A stretch of 57,506 nt of DNA from a virus (taxonomy: Duplodnaviria > Caudoviricetes), in the IMG/VR virus record IMGVR_UViG_3300001336_000007, positions 1-57,506 of that record; one strand, 5' to 3'. Shown piece by piece: positions 27,527 through 36,700 of the stretch. The position numbers were made by a program, and so were the translations under genes. The notes under the pieces were generated by a model. The model ran no database searches. It was not told where the DNA came from and saw only the letters and a program-made list of their open reading frames with translations. Numbering within the stretch: position 1 is the first letter of the stretch; every line of letters starts with the position of its first letter.

Positions 27527-29694
27527 TAACGCCAAATATTCCAGTCATATCCCACAAGGCCACTGCCACCGAAGTAAAGCAGGCTATTGACCAGATTAGG
27601 GCTTTTTTTGCAGTTGTCCGGCAGCAAGGCGGTTTCCTGTCGGTTGCCGATGCGATCAACGGCACGTATCCGATAGCCGGAATTGACACGGGGGCAGGTG
27701 ATGAGATCTTTGATACGACGATACCGCCAGCCATAACGGGGCTTATTGCCACCGGTGCTTTCAACAGCATCATGCTGGAGTGGGACGGGCCGTCATACGC
27801 CAATCATTCATATACCGAGATCCACAGAGCGGACGTTGACGACTTAGGGCTTGCCGTATTTATCGGAGCGACGCGGGCGAACCTCTATGCTGACATTCCA
27901 CCTGATTCAAGGCTATCTCAGGTGTATTATTATTGGGTGCGGAACATCAGCACTTCAGGGATTGTCGGGCCCTTCAACCAGACAAGCGGTACTCCTGCAA
28001 GCACAGCCGATGAACCGGAATATGTTCGCGACCTCATGCTTTCGCAGTTGGGATATGAAGATGGTATTTTCCCGGTCAGGGCAGTTGATGTGCTGCCGTC
28101 ATTGCCCGATGAACTTTATCCCGTAGACTGCTCTGTTTTTCTCCGCCCTGACGGTCCGCTCTACTGGAACATTGCTAATGAATGGGTGGCAAAGATAGAG
28201 GCCGCTTTTATATCAGGACAATTGACAGATGACCAGCTTGCAGAGATATCGGCAGCTAAGATTGCTGGTCAATTAACAGATGCCCAGTTAGCCAGCATCA
28301 ACGCGGCCAAGATCGCGGGCCAGATCGCTACTGACCAGATCGACAACGGGGCCATCACCGACGCAAAGATCGCAGGGCTGGCCGCATCAAAAATCACCGG
28401 CCAACTCACCGACGCGCAGATCGCAGCCGTGGCAGCAGCCAAAGTCACAGGCCAACTCACCGGCACCCAGATCACCGACAACGCCATTACCACCGCAAAA
28501 ATCAGCGCCGGAGCAATAACTGCCAGCCAGATCGCGGCCAATGCCATTACGGCAGACAAGGTTTCGGCAAATGCAATTACCAGCGCCAAGATCGACGCCG
28601 GAGCCATCACCGCCGCTAAGATCGCAGCGGGTTCTGTAGAGGCGGCCAAGATCGCCGCCGGGGCAATTACGGCAGGGAAAATAGCCGCAAGCGCCGTTAC
28701 GGCTGACACTATAGCCGCAAACGCAGTCACCACGGCAAAGATTAATGCGGGCGCAATCACTGCTTCTGAACTTGCGGCTGGTTCTGTCATTGCCGGGAAA
28801 ATTGCGGCTTTAAGTATCACAGCAACGCAAATAGCAAGTAATGCAATCACCGCTGCGAAAATTAGTGCTGGTACAATAACGGCGGATAAGATAGCTTCAA
28901 ATAGCTTAACTGCAGCTCAAATTGCAGCCAATGCTATTACTGCTTCTGAGCTTTCCGCTGGCTGTGTCATAGCCGGAAAAATTGCTACAGGAGCTATCGT
29001 TGCAGGTGACGGGGTTATAGGCAATGCAGCAATAACAACGGCACATATCGTTAATGCAAGCATCACCAGTGCCAAGATAGGAAGTCTGGCTGCTGATAAA
29101 ATTACAACTGGATATCTTGCTGCAGCCAGGATTAAAGCTGGTACAATAACGGCCGATAAGATAGCTTCAAATAGCCTTACTGCAACACAGATTGCCGCTA
29201 ATGCAATCACTGCTTCTGAGTTGGCAGCGAATTCTGTTACTTCTGGGCATATCGTAGCAGGAACCATCGTTGCTACAGATATAAATGCAGCCAGCGTAAG
29301 AGGCGTTGTAATGGTGGCCAACTCTGTTTACACAGAAACAATTAATGGTAATGCAGTAACATCCTATAGTTCAAGTACATCGTTTGCCTCTACGCTATCA
29401 CTGTATGGATATGCAGGTAGACAGATTGCTATTAAGATATATGCAATATTTTATGGCTTTTATAACTCAGATGCGAATAATTCGACTAGATGGCTTATCT
29501 CACTTAAACGTAATGGGGGTGTAATAAGAAATTTCACAATAATAGCTGATGATAGTTACACACAAGCTATGCTGCCATGGGTAGATACACTACCATGGAG
29601 TGATACCTACAGTTATACCATAACTGCAACAGTGACTCAAGGAGCTGGAACAATATATGAACCATACTTTGAAATAATTTCGTATAAGAGGTAA
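27523..29694 (+). CDS. Tail fibre/spike with AITAxKIAA repeats and an AT-rich tip
   Basis: Fn3-like YYYWVR N-terminus; long 10-residue repeat shaft. Confidence 0.8.
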   Translation: MITPNIPVISHKATATEVKQAIDQIRAFFAVVRQQGGFLSVADAINGTYPIAGIDTGAGDEIFDTTIPPAITGLIATGAFNSIMLEWDGPSYANHSYTEIHRADVDDLGLAVFIGATRANLYADIPPDSRLSQVYYYWVRNISTSGIVGPFNQTSGTPASTADEPEYVRDLMLSQLGYEDGIFPVRAVDVLPSLPDELYPVDCSVFLRPDGPLYWNIANEWVAKIEAAFISGQLTDDQLAEISAAKIAGQLTDAQLASINAAKIAGQIATDQIDNGAITDAKIAGLAASKITGQLTDAQIAAVAAAKVTGQLTGTQITDNAITTAKISAGAITASQIAANAITADKVSANAITSAKIDAGAITAAKIAAGSVEAAKIAAGAITAGKIAASAVTADTIAANAVTTAKINAGAITASELAAGSVIAGKIAALSITATQIASNAITAAKISAGTITADKIASNSLTAAQIAANAITASELSAGCVIAGKIATGAIVAGDGVIGNAAITTAHIVNASITSAKIGSLAADKITTGYLAAARIKAGTITADKIASNSLTATQIAANAITASELAANSVTSGHIVAGTIVATDINAASVRGVVMVANSVYTETINGNAVTSYSSSTSFASTLSLYGYAGRQIAIKIYAIFYGFYNSDANNSTRWLISLKRNGGVIRNFTIIADDSYTQAMLPWVDTLPWSDTYSYTITATVTQGAGTIYEPYFEIISYKR

Positions 29695-29696
29695 TA

Positions 29697-30107
29697 ATGC
29701 ATATATTTTATAATACAAATACAGGTGAATTAATCTGTAGAATAATGTGTCCAGACGAGGATCTACAAGCCAACATAGATAACCAAAGAGAAGGCTACGG
29801 GGTATTTCCGTACTATCCAAGTGATGATGATTCTATAATTGAAACTCATTACCACGATCTGGCTAATTCAATTCTCCCTCGCCCTGAAATAACCGCTGAA
29901 CCAGACAAACTTACCCTCTCCGCAGATAGTGTGGATTCAATCGTCATTCAAGACTTACCCCTCCCATGTACGGTCAAGGTAAATGAAACAGCATATGAGG
30001 TAAATGATGGAGAGTTTGAGTTCACAACCGATACTGTAGGTACCTTTACCGTCACCGTGGAACAGTTTCCATATATCACCAAATCCTGGGAGATAGAAGC
30101 CGTATGA
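29697..30107 (+). CDS. Tail fibre accessory protein
   Basis: GAGG RBS; follows the fibre; LPLPCTVKVN...YEVNDGEFEF. Confidence 0.6.
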   Translation: MHIFYNTNTGELICRIMCPDEDLQANIDNQREGYGVFPYYPSDDDSIIETHYHDLANSILPRPEITAEPDKLTLSADSVDSIVIQDLPLPCTVKVNETAYEVNDGEFEFTTDTVGTFTVTVEQFPYITKSWEIEAV

Positions 30108-30454
30108 AAGTAGCCCTGAATACCGATTACCAGAAGGCTGAATTACTCCGTGCAGCCAAGCTCACCAGGGATACTGCTATATCAAGTGATATCACTGTAT
30201 TTGATGTCATATGGCAGGTCAACGAGAATGGTCGGGATAACATGCGTAATGCCATTGAAACGGCGGTAACACTCAACCTCCCGGTAGAAGAACAGAGAGG
30301 TTGGATACTGTCTGATAACTCCATTCGACCAACCACGGTAGAGGATCTACGCCAGGTGCTTATTGCCTATACCTACCGTATGGATCAGATATTTCAGCAG
30401 TACACTATCTGGCGGATGAGTGGGGCCAACACCGTGTTTGTTATCAACCAATAA
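30104..30454 (+). CDS. DUF4376-like tail fibre assembly protein
   Basis: AKLTRDTAI...WILSDNSIRPTTVEDL. Confidence 0.7.
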   Translation: MKVALNTDYQKAELLRAAKLTRDTAISSDITVFDVIWQVNENGRDNMRNAIETAVTLNLPVEEQRGWILSDNSIRPTTVEDLRQVLIAYTYRMDQIFQQYTIWRMSGANTVFVINQ

Positions 30455-30563
30455 TGGCACATAACAAAAAAATGTTGTAGAATAGATAAATCATATCACC
30501 AACGAACCCTTACAGGTAATTCAGCGGCCCTTCTCAGAAAACAAATGAGATGGGCCTTTTTTT
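30455..30563 (+). promoter_or_regulatory. Late promoter + structured leader + intrinsic terminator (unit 2)
   Basis: TGGCAC-N17-TAGAAT; GAA-c-CCT-TAC-AGG-taa-TTC; GGCCCTTCTCA/TGAGATGGGCC-T7. Confidence 0.6.
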
Positions 30564-30962
30564 ATGCGAATTCGAGACTACGACGAAAAGGATTTCCAAC
30601 AGGTGGTGTATCTCCTCAAGGAGTGCGGGGTTGATCCTCCATATGAGCCTGACGAGATTAAAGGGCTGTGCCTGGTAGCGGATGACGGCCAAGAAGTGTG
30701 TGGGGTGGTGTATGCGCTGGTTGGCCCGTCATCTAAAGCATACGGAGATTTCCTGGCTATCCGTGAAGATCTACGCGGAAGCCGGTTGTACTTCCGGCTT
30801 TTGACCACCATGGAAGCAAGGCTAAAGGAATTGGGGGTTAAGCGATACGTCTTTCATGTCGAAAAGCATAACCACAGCGCTTTCGCGCAACTTCACAAGT
30901 ACCGGGAAAAATACCGGATAACCATGTTGAACGATCTGCATTACTTCATGAGGACTCTATGA
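30564..30962 (+). CDS. GNAT-family acetyltransferase
   Basis: MRIRDYDEKD, LVADDGQEVCG, LAIREDLRGSRL. Confidence 0.75.
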   Translation: MRIRDYDEKDFQQVVYLLKECGVDPPYEPDEIKGLCLVADDGQEVCGVVYALVGPSSKAYGDFLAIREDLRGSRLYFRLLTTMEARLKELGVKRYVFHVEKHNHSAFAQLHKYREKYRITMLNDLHYFMRTL

Positions 30963-31651
30963 AAATATACACCACACTGGTTATGGATTTTTCCGGAAAA
31001 ATCCTGCACGAAGAATCTTACGACCACAAAGGGCCGGTTGCCTTAATGAAGGGCGATAACGAGGTAGAAGAAACTTCCCAGGAAATAGCACTTGCCCAGA
31101 TATCCCGAGAGCAATGGAACCAATACAACACAAGGCTCAAGCCATTCGAGGATGAGTGGATAGAAAATACCGCGATGGACGCCGGGGACCATGCCAAGAT
31201 GACCGGTCAGGTCAATACCGCGGTCGGTTCGGAGTTCGACAAGGAGCAGGCTGTTGGTGAAAGGCAGATGTTCCAGGCCGGTATGGACCCGAGCAGTGGC
31301 GCGTATAAGGCCATGACTTCCGGTGTTGCAACAGATAGAGGGGCGGCAACCGGCAAAGCACAAAGCATATCCAGCCAGGCCGTGGACGACCAGACCTATC
31401 AGGGCTTGCAACAGTCAGTAGCCATGGGTCGCGGCCAGGCGGTAGAAGCGGGCCGGGATATGACTTCTCTTGCCTATGACGCGACCGGGAAGGCTATTTC
31501 AGACACCATCAACCAGAATGACACTACGCAATCGTGGGTATCTTCCGGGATGAGTGCCGCAGGGATGGGCATTGCCGGATGGAATAATCGCACGACATCG
31601 ACAAGCAATCTTCTACCCACAAGTGAACTCGTAGCCAATGGAGAAGGATAA
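30959..31651 (+). CDS. Internal virion/ejection protein
   Basis: YDHKGPVALMKG N-terminus; G/A/Q-rich helical body. Confidence 0.65.
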   Translation: MKIYTTLVMDFSGKILHEESYDHKGPVALMKGDNEVEETSQEIALAQISREQWNQYNTRLKPFEDEWIENTAMDAGDHAKMTGQVNTAVGSEFDKEQAVGERQMFQAGMDPSSGAYKAMTSGVATDRGAATGKAQSISSQAVDDQTYQGLQQSVAMGRGQAVEAGRDMTSLAYDATGKAISDTINQNDTTQSWVSSGMSAAGMGIAGWNNRTTSTSNLLPTSELVANGEG

Positions 31652-32007
31652 TGGGCGTAGCTAGCGATACCTTAGCGGCAATAAACCGGGAGCAGTGGGA
31701 CGACTACAAGGCAAGGTTTATCCCGTTGGAAAATAAACTCATCGACGCATACGATAACCCGGAGCTCAGAAATAAAAGGATGTCGGCTGTAACCGATTAT
31801 GCGTCAAATGCGGCAGACAGTGCGCGGGGAGTGGCGAGTAGAACGATGTCTCGATATGGCGTTGACGGCAACACTCAGGCCGGGAATAGAGAGGCAGTTT
31901 TGGCCAAGACGACCTCAATTGTCGATGCCCAGAACACCAACAGAGATCAGATGAACGCTCGGGACCAGTTGTTACTGGCCGGCGGGCTTACTTCAAGGGG
32001 TGTGTAA
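31651..32007 (+). CDS. Internal virion protein
   Basis: REQWDDYKARFIPLE resembles REQWNQYNTRLKPFE of the previous gene. Confidence 0.6.
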   Translation: MGVASDTLAAINREQWDDYKARFIPLENKLIDAYDNPELRNKRMSAVTDYASNAADSARGVASRTMSRYGVDGNTQAGNREAVLAKTTSIVDAQNTNRDQMNARDQLLLAGGLTSRGV

Positions 32008-32262
32008 ATGAGCATAACGGGATTAGGCGCAAGCTATAAACAACAGGCGCTTTCCGGCTTGCGCGATGTGGCCGCCATGGAAGCCAAGCGCGAGACGGCC
32101 AACGAGCAAATGGCCGAACAGAAAAAACAATCACAGATAAGCAGCACTGTTACCGGGGCGGTGGGCGGGGCAATGCTCGGCTCGAAAGTAGGTTCCATTG
32201 GTGGCCCGTGGGGCGCTGTCGCGGGTGCAGCAGTTGGATTCTTAGCCTCATCTCTTTTTTAA
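32008..32262 (+). CDS. Small glycine-zipper internal virion protein
   Basis: GAVGGAMLGSKVGSIGGPWGAVAGAAVG. Confidence 0.65.
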   Translation: MSITGLGASYKQQALSGLRDVAAMEAKRETANEQMAEQKKQSQISSTVTGAVGGAMLGSKVGSIGGPWGAVAGAAVGFLASSLF

Positions 32263-32271
32263 GGAATCGCC

Positions 32272-33789
32272 ATGCCTAATTACGCTCTTGACGCAATGAG
32301 GGGATACGCCTTTGTTGACAATATTCATCGGCAAAACCGAAATGATAAGATCCAGCTTGAGGACAGGGCGTTGCAGAAGGAACGCTACGCCAAGCAGGAT
32401 GCATATAATGACAAACTGCGTGCCCGCGAAGAAAAGACCTACAATGACAGTATGGCATTGTGGGAAATAAATGCCGCGGAGATTGAGAGTATATTCGGCG
32501 CAGAATTGGCCGGAAATCCGCAGGCTGTTAAAAAGGTTGGTGGGCTTTTGCAAGACCCGGCCAGGACAGGAAAGATCATTGCAGCACACGATGAAATATC
32601 AAAATACATTTCATCCGGGAAAAACCCGCCGAACGAATTAACCACGGAACTCATTAACCTTATCGGTGCTGAAGAGTTGGCGGCCAGGGGGGGTGATGAT
32701 GGACTTAACAGAACGGCTGAGTCGGTTGTTCCGTCAAACAAAGAAGGTGAGGTGATGATAGGCTTCAACGTCACCGGAAAGGATGGTAAAACATACCAGG
32801 CACCGATGACCACAGGAGCCAGTGCCGATCCACAAGACAACCAGGTGCAATCTATCCCGGTTAACAGGCTTCTCGAATGGGGAAACGGCGGAGCGGCGAC
32901 GGCTAAAGCTATCGCCTTGGCCCGGGCCAAGGCTGGAGATAATTCTTTTCTTGAAGCGTATCGGACCACAAAGAAAGAACAGGCCGACCGGGCAATAGCC
33001 ATGGAAGATTATCAGATGCAGCGGCAAGATGGTCTGTCTGACTACGAAAGCAAAAAGAAGATTGATCAGAGATTCGAGGAGCGGTATGTCGGCGGCGGGA
33101 AAGGCGGGAAACCGCAAGCATTAAAAACGCAGTTCAACGACGATGGAAGCGTAAGTGTTTATGATCCAAATACCGACAAGCTGAAGGTTGTACGAACTGA
33201 AGAACAAAAAAAGGAGCTGTCGGTACAGATGGCCGAGCAGTGGGCTGAAGACCAAGCTGAAGGTGTCCTAAACCCAAGGCCGAAAGACGAGTTAATACAG
33301 GCCAAGCAGAAGGAGTTTTACAACCAGCTTAACGGAGGCACAGGGAGCCTGGAACCGATGGTCACAGTCACGCAGAACGGGCAGACGTTTCAGGTTCCGG
33401 CCTCTTCGGTGCAGCAACCTGCCCCAACCCAACCGGCACCGACACCGACACCGAAGCCGAAGCCGAAGCCGACACAGAAGCAAAAACCGGTTCAGGAAAA
33501 CCCGGCAAAAAAAGGCTTGTCTCCTGTCCAGACTGAGAACCCAACAGATATCCTCTCTTCACTTCCGCCGAAAACACGAAACACCCTTATGTCGTTGGCA
33601 GAAAGGTACAAGTCCACGACAGAAACAAATCTGACCGTTGAGGAAATAGCCGCCGAAATGTACAAAAAGCAAATGGCGAACAAAGGAAAAACAGGAGTGC
33701 ATGAGGCACTTGAGGGCCAGTACAATGCTCTTGACAACAGATTCAAGAGCCTGAGAAGTGGCCATTCAACATCTCCATGGAGTAGATAA
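32272..33789 (+). CDS. Ejection/DNA-transfer protein
   Basis: 505 aa, helical with a PT/PK linker, precedes the giant gene. Confidence 0.6.
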   Translation: MPNYALDAMRGYAFVDNIHRQNRNDKIQLEDRALQKERYAKQDAYNDKLRAREEKTYNDSMALWEINAAEIESIFGAELAGNPQAVKKVGGLLQDPARTGKIIAAHDEISKYISSGKNPPNELTTELINLIGAEELAARGGDDGLNRTAESVVPSNKEGEVMIGFNVTGKDGKTYQAPMTTGASADPQDNQVQSIPVNRLLEWGNGGAATAKAIALARAKAGDNSFLEAYRTTKKEQADRAIAMEDYQMQRQDGLSDYESKKKIDQRFEERYVGGGKGGKPQALKTQFNDDGSVSVYDPNTDKLKVVRTEEQKKELSVQMAEQWAEDQAEGVLNPRPKDELIQAKQKEFYNQLNGGTGSLEPMVTVTQNGQTFQVPASSVQQPAPTQPAPTPTPKPKPKPTQKQKPVQENPAKKGLSPVQTENPTDILSSLPPKTRNTLMSLAERYKSTTETNLTVEEIAAEMYKKQMANKGKTGVHEALEGQYNALDNRFKSLRSGHSTSPWSR

Positions 33790-36700
33790 ATGCCATTCGA
33801 TCCAGACAAGCCCTTCGATATAATAGAGAACAGCAACACCGGATTCGACCCGAACAAGCCCTTTGAAATAGTCGAGGATATCCCAAGGCAGACATGGGGC
33901 GGAGTTATCAAGGACACTGCCATTGACGCGGCCAAGGGTGTTGTTGGTGGCGGCAGGGCCATTGTTGGTCTTACGAATATTTTCACCGGCAACCTTGCAG
34001 GCAAGGGGTTATCGAAGGTCGGCTACGATCCAGAAGCGACAAACGAGATACTCTCATCCGGGTACAGCGACCGACGCAAATACACCAACCAGAAGGTATC
34101 CGAGGCAGAAGGCTTCTGGCCTACTATCGTTGCACTGGTCGACCATCCGTCAGTTGCCTTTGGCGCCATAGTCGAATCGGCACCAATGACCCTAACCGGA
34201 GTAGCGGCGGCACGGACAGCAGCGGTCAAGATGCTTGGTTCAGCATTGGCTAAGAACAATATCGCCGCAGGGACAGAAGCAGCAAAAGCATTTGCCGGGA
34301 AATTCTTTGCGGACAAAACGGTGCAGGGAACGCTCGTCGCGGTCGGCGCAGGAACAGAAGGCGCACAGACAGCCGGTGGAATTCAGGAGCAGGGCCGACA
34401 TGCCGGCAGATCATACGGCGAAACGATAGGACCGGCACTGGCGGCAGGACTCACCACTACCGCAATAGGCGCTGTAACCTCGAAAATACCCGGTTTGCGT
34501 GATGCAGAGGCGAGTATTGCCACGGCTGGACTCGGCGCACAGCGGTCCGGAAGTGGTATTCTTGGCTCTGCTAAAGAAGTCGGAAAGGCAATGGTCAAAG
34601 AAGGACCGATTGAAGAGAACCTTCAGTCAGGCCAGGAGCAATATTTTACCAATGTGGCCATGGGTGAAGACGATACTGCAAAAGGCGTCACAAAGGCGAT
34701 GGCAACCGGCACAGTGGTAGGTGCGATGCAGGGCGGGGGCATGAGCCTTGGTTCTGAATTGCTTAAGGCACCGATCGACAAGACCAAGCAGAGCAACCTT
34801 GGCACTATCGCGGCAAATGTCGTTGTCGAAGACCAGGAGCAGGCTACCGACGAGGTTATCGCGGAAACAGGCGGAATGGAGGATGTTATTGCAGATAATG
34901 TCACCATTATTGACCCTGCTACCGGAGAATTCACTACATCGACGGGAAAACCATTTGTCAGCGAGAGCGCCCTTCGCACTCATGCCCGGTTAAAGCATGT
35001 CGACCTGGACAACTACTCTATAACTCGGAGAGATAACGGGTTTGTCGCTGTTCCTTTTGCGAAAGAGGATATTATTGAAGGTGGTACGGATAACGCTTTT
35101 GATAGCATCGATATCACCACAGAGCAGAAGAGCGCCACTGATCCGGCCAAGGAGATCCAACAACAGCCGGACCTGGAGGACGTGAAGCGGCTCGGTCCTC
35201 ATTTGCGTGAAATGTGGGGCTCTATTGAGCAGGGAACGAATCCAGATTTCGTCAAACCGAAGGTATTAAATGATTGGGAGAAGCAGACCGGCGAACCAGT
35301 AAAGAGTTATGTGTCGTCTACCAGTGCCAAGGAAACACTTCTCGCAGTAGGCAACGGTGAGCAGCTGACCGAGGAACAGGCGAAAGTCTGGAGCTACCTG
35401 AAGAGTGTCGCCGAGAACAAGGCCATGGTTGCAGAGCAGGGCACCGGGGAGTTTTCGGCTGATTTTGGCGGGGAAGCACCAGCACCAGCGAACAACACCG
35501 AAGGGGAAAGTGACAAGGGATGGAGTGCTGTAAATAAAAAATTCACCGACTCCCCATCAAAGGAAACAGCTCAGGAGACAGGTTCTTGGTTGCTATCTAA
35601 TGCAGAAGAAGGAGACACGCTCAATTTCCCTGAAGGAGATGGGTATAAAGTAACCAGGGTAACGGTATCGAAAACAACAGGGAGGAAGTCTGTAGAATTG
35701 ATACCGTTCGATGAAAATGGCGAAGAGAATGTTCCGGCCATGATTATTTTCAACGAAGATGATCCAGGTAGTGGGGTGGTTGGTAAAATTCCAGACAATA
35801 CCCACCTGTTGCATGAGTACACCTACACCTCTGCAAGCAGCGGCGAACGGGTAACACAAAGATCACGATATGAAAAAAACATATCTGCACCAGCACCGGC
35901 CAAGCCGTCTCAGCGTACCATGGTGGACCCTGAAACCGGCGAGACATTCGATATTGATACCGGCGAGATTGTTGCGCCGGTCGAACCTGAAGGGGAACCT
36001 GTTCAACCTGTTACTCCGGATGTCTCACCGGAAGACCGTGATTTACTCGACACAAACGACATTATGAACGACTTCGCCGACTCTTCGCAGGATGGACAGT
36101 TGCGCGAAAACGAGAAGTATCGGCAGGCGAAGTTTGAACGGATGCAAAAAGACACCGAACCACAAGGAGCGATAAATGATTCTGTTCAAGAGACTGGAAA
36201 TCAGATTACTCCAGAAACCGACACACCAGCTAACCTTGAAGGAAAAGAGGGAACTGTACCTGAAGGAACGCAAGGAGATTCAGGAGCGGAGGCAGGGCCG
36301 GAAAGGAAAGGGTTGGTTGATGACTCGGGAGAGGTAGGTGGGAAAGAATTACCCGTAAAGGTCAGAGACACGCGCGGCGACACTTATTACGTGATGCAGA
36401 GCGACATTGACAATGGGAACAGAACAATACTCCCAATCTATAAAAAAGACGGCAGCAAGAGCAACCTGAAGGTACCCGCGTTACATCGAGACAATATAAA
36501 GACTGACGACGAAATCAAGGCGAATTACGACACCTACATATGGCCTTTAGACGGACAGGACGGAAAGGGGTATACGTCGGAAGCGTCAACAATCAGGGAA
36601 ATAAACAAAATAGGTCAGAAAGTCTCTGACTACGATATTGTTGAAGATAATGGAAGGTTTGTTGCGAACAGGACAAAAGCATGGCTTGACGCGCACAAAC

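Noticed and set aside
27523-29694. Second DGR target in the main tail fibre
   Set aside because: No TR-like sequence found by eye at its 3' end or elsewhere; a computational scan would be needed to exclude a degenerate VR
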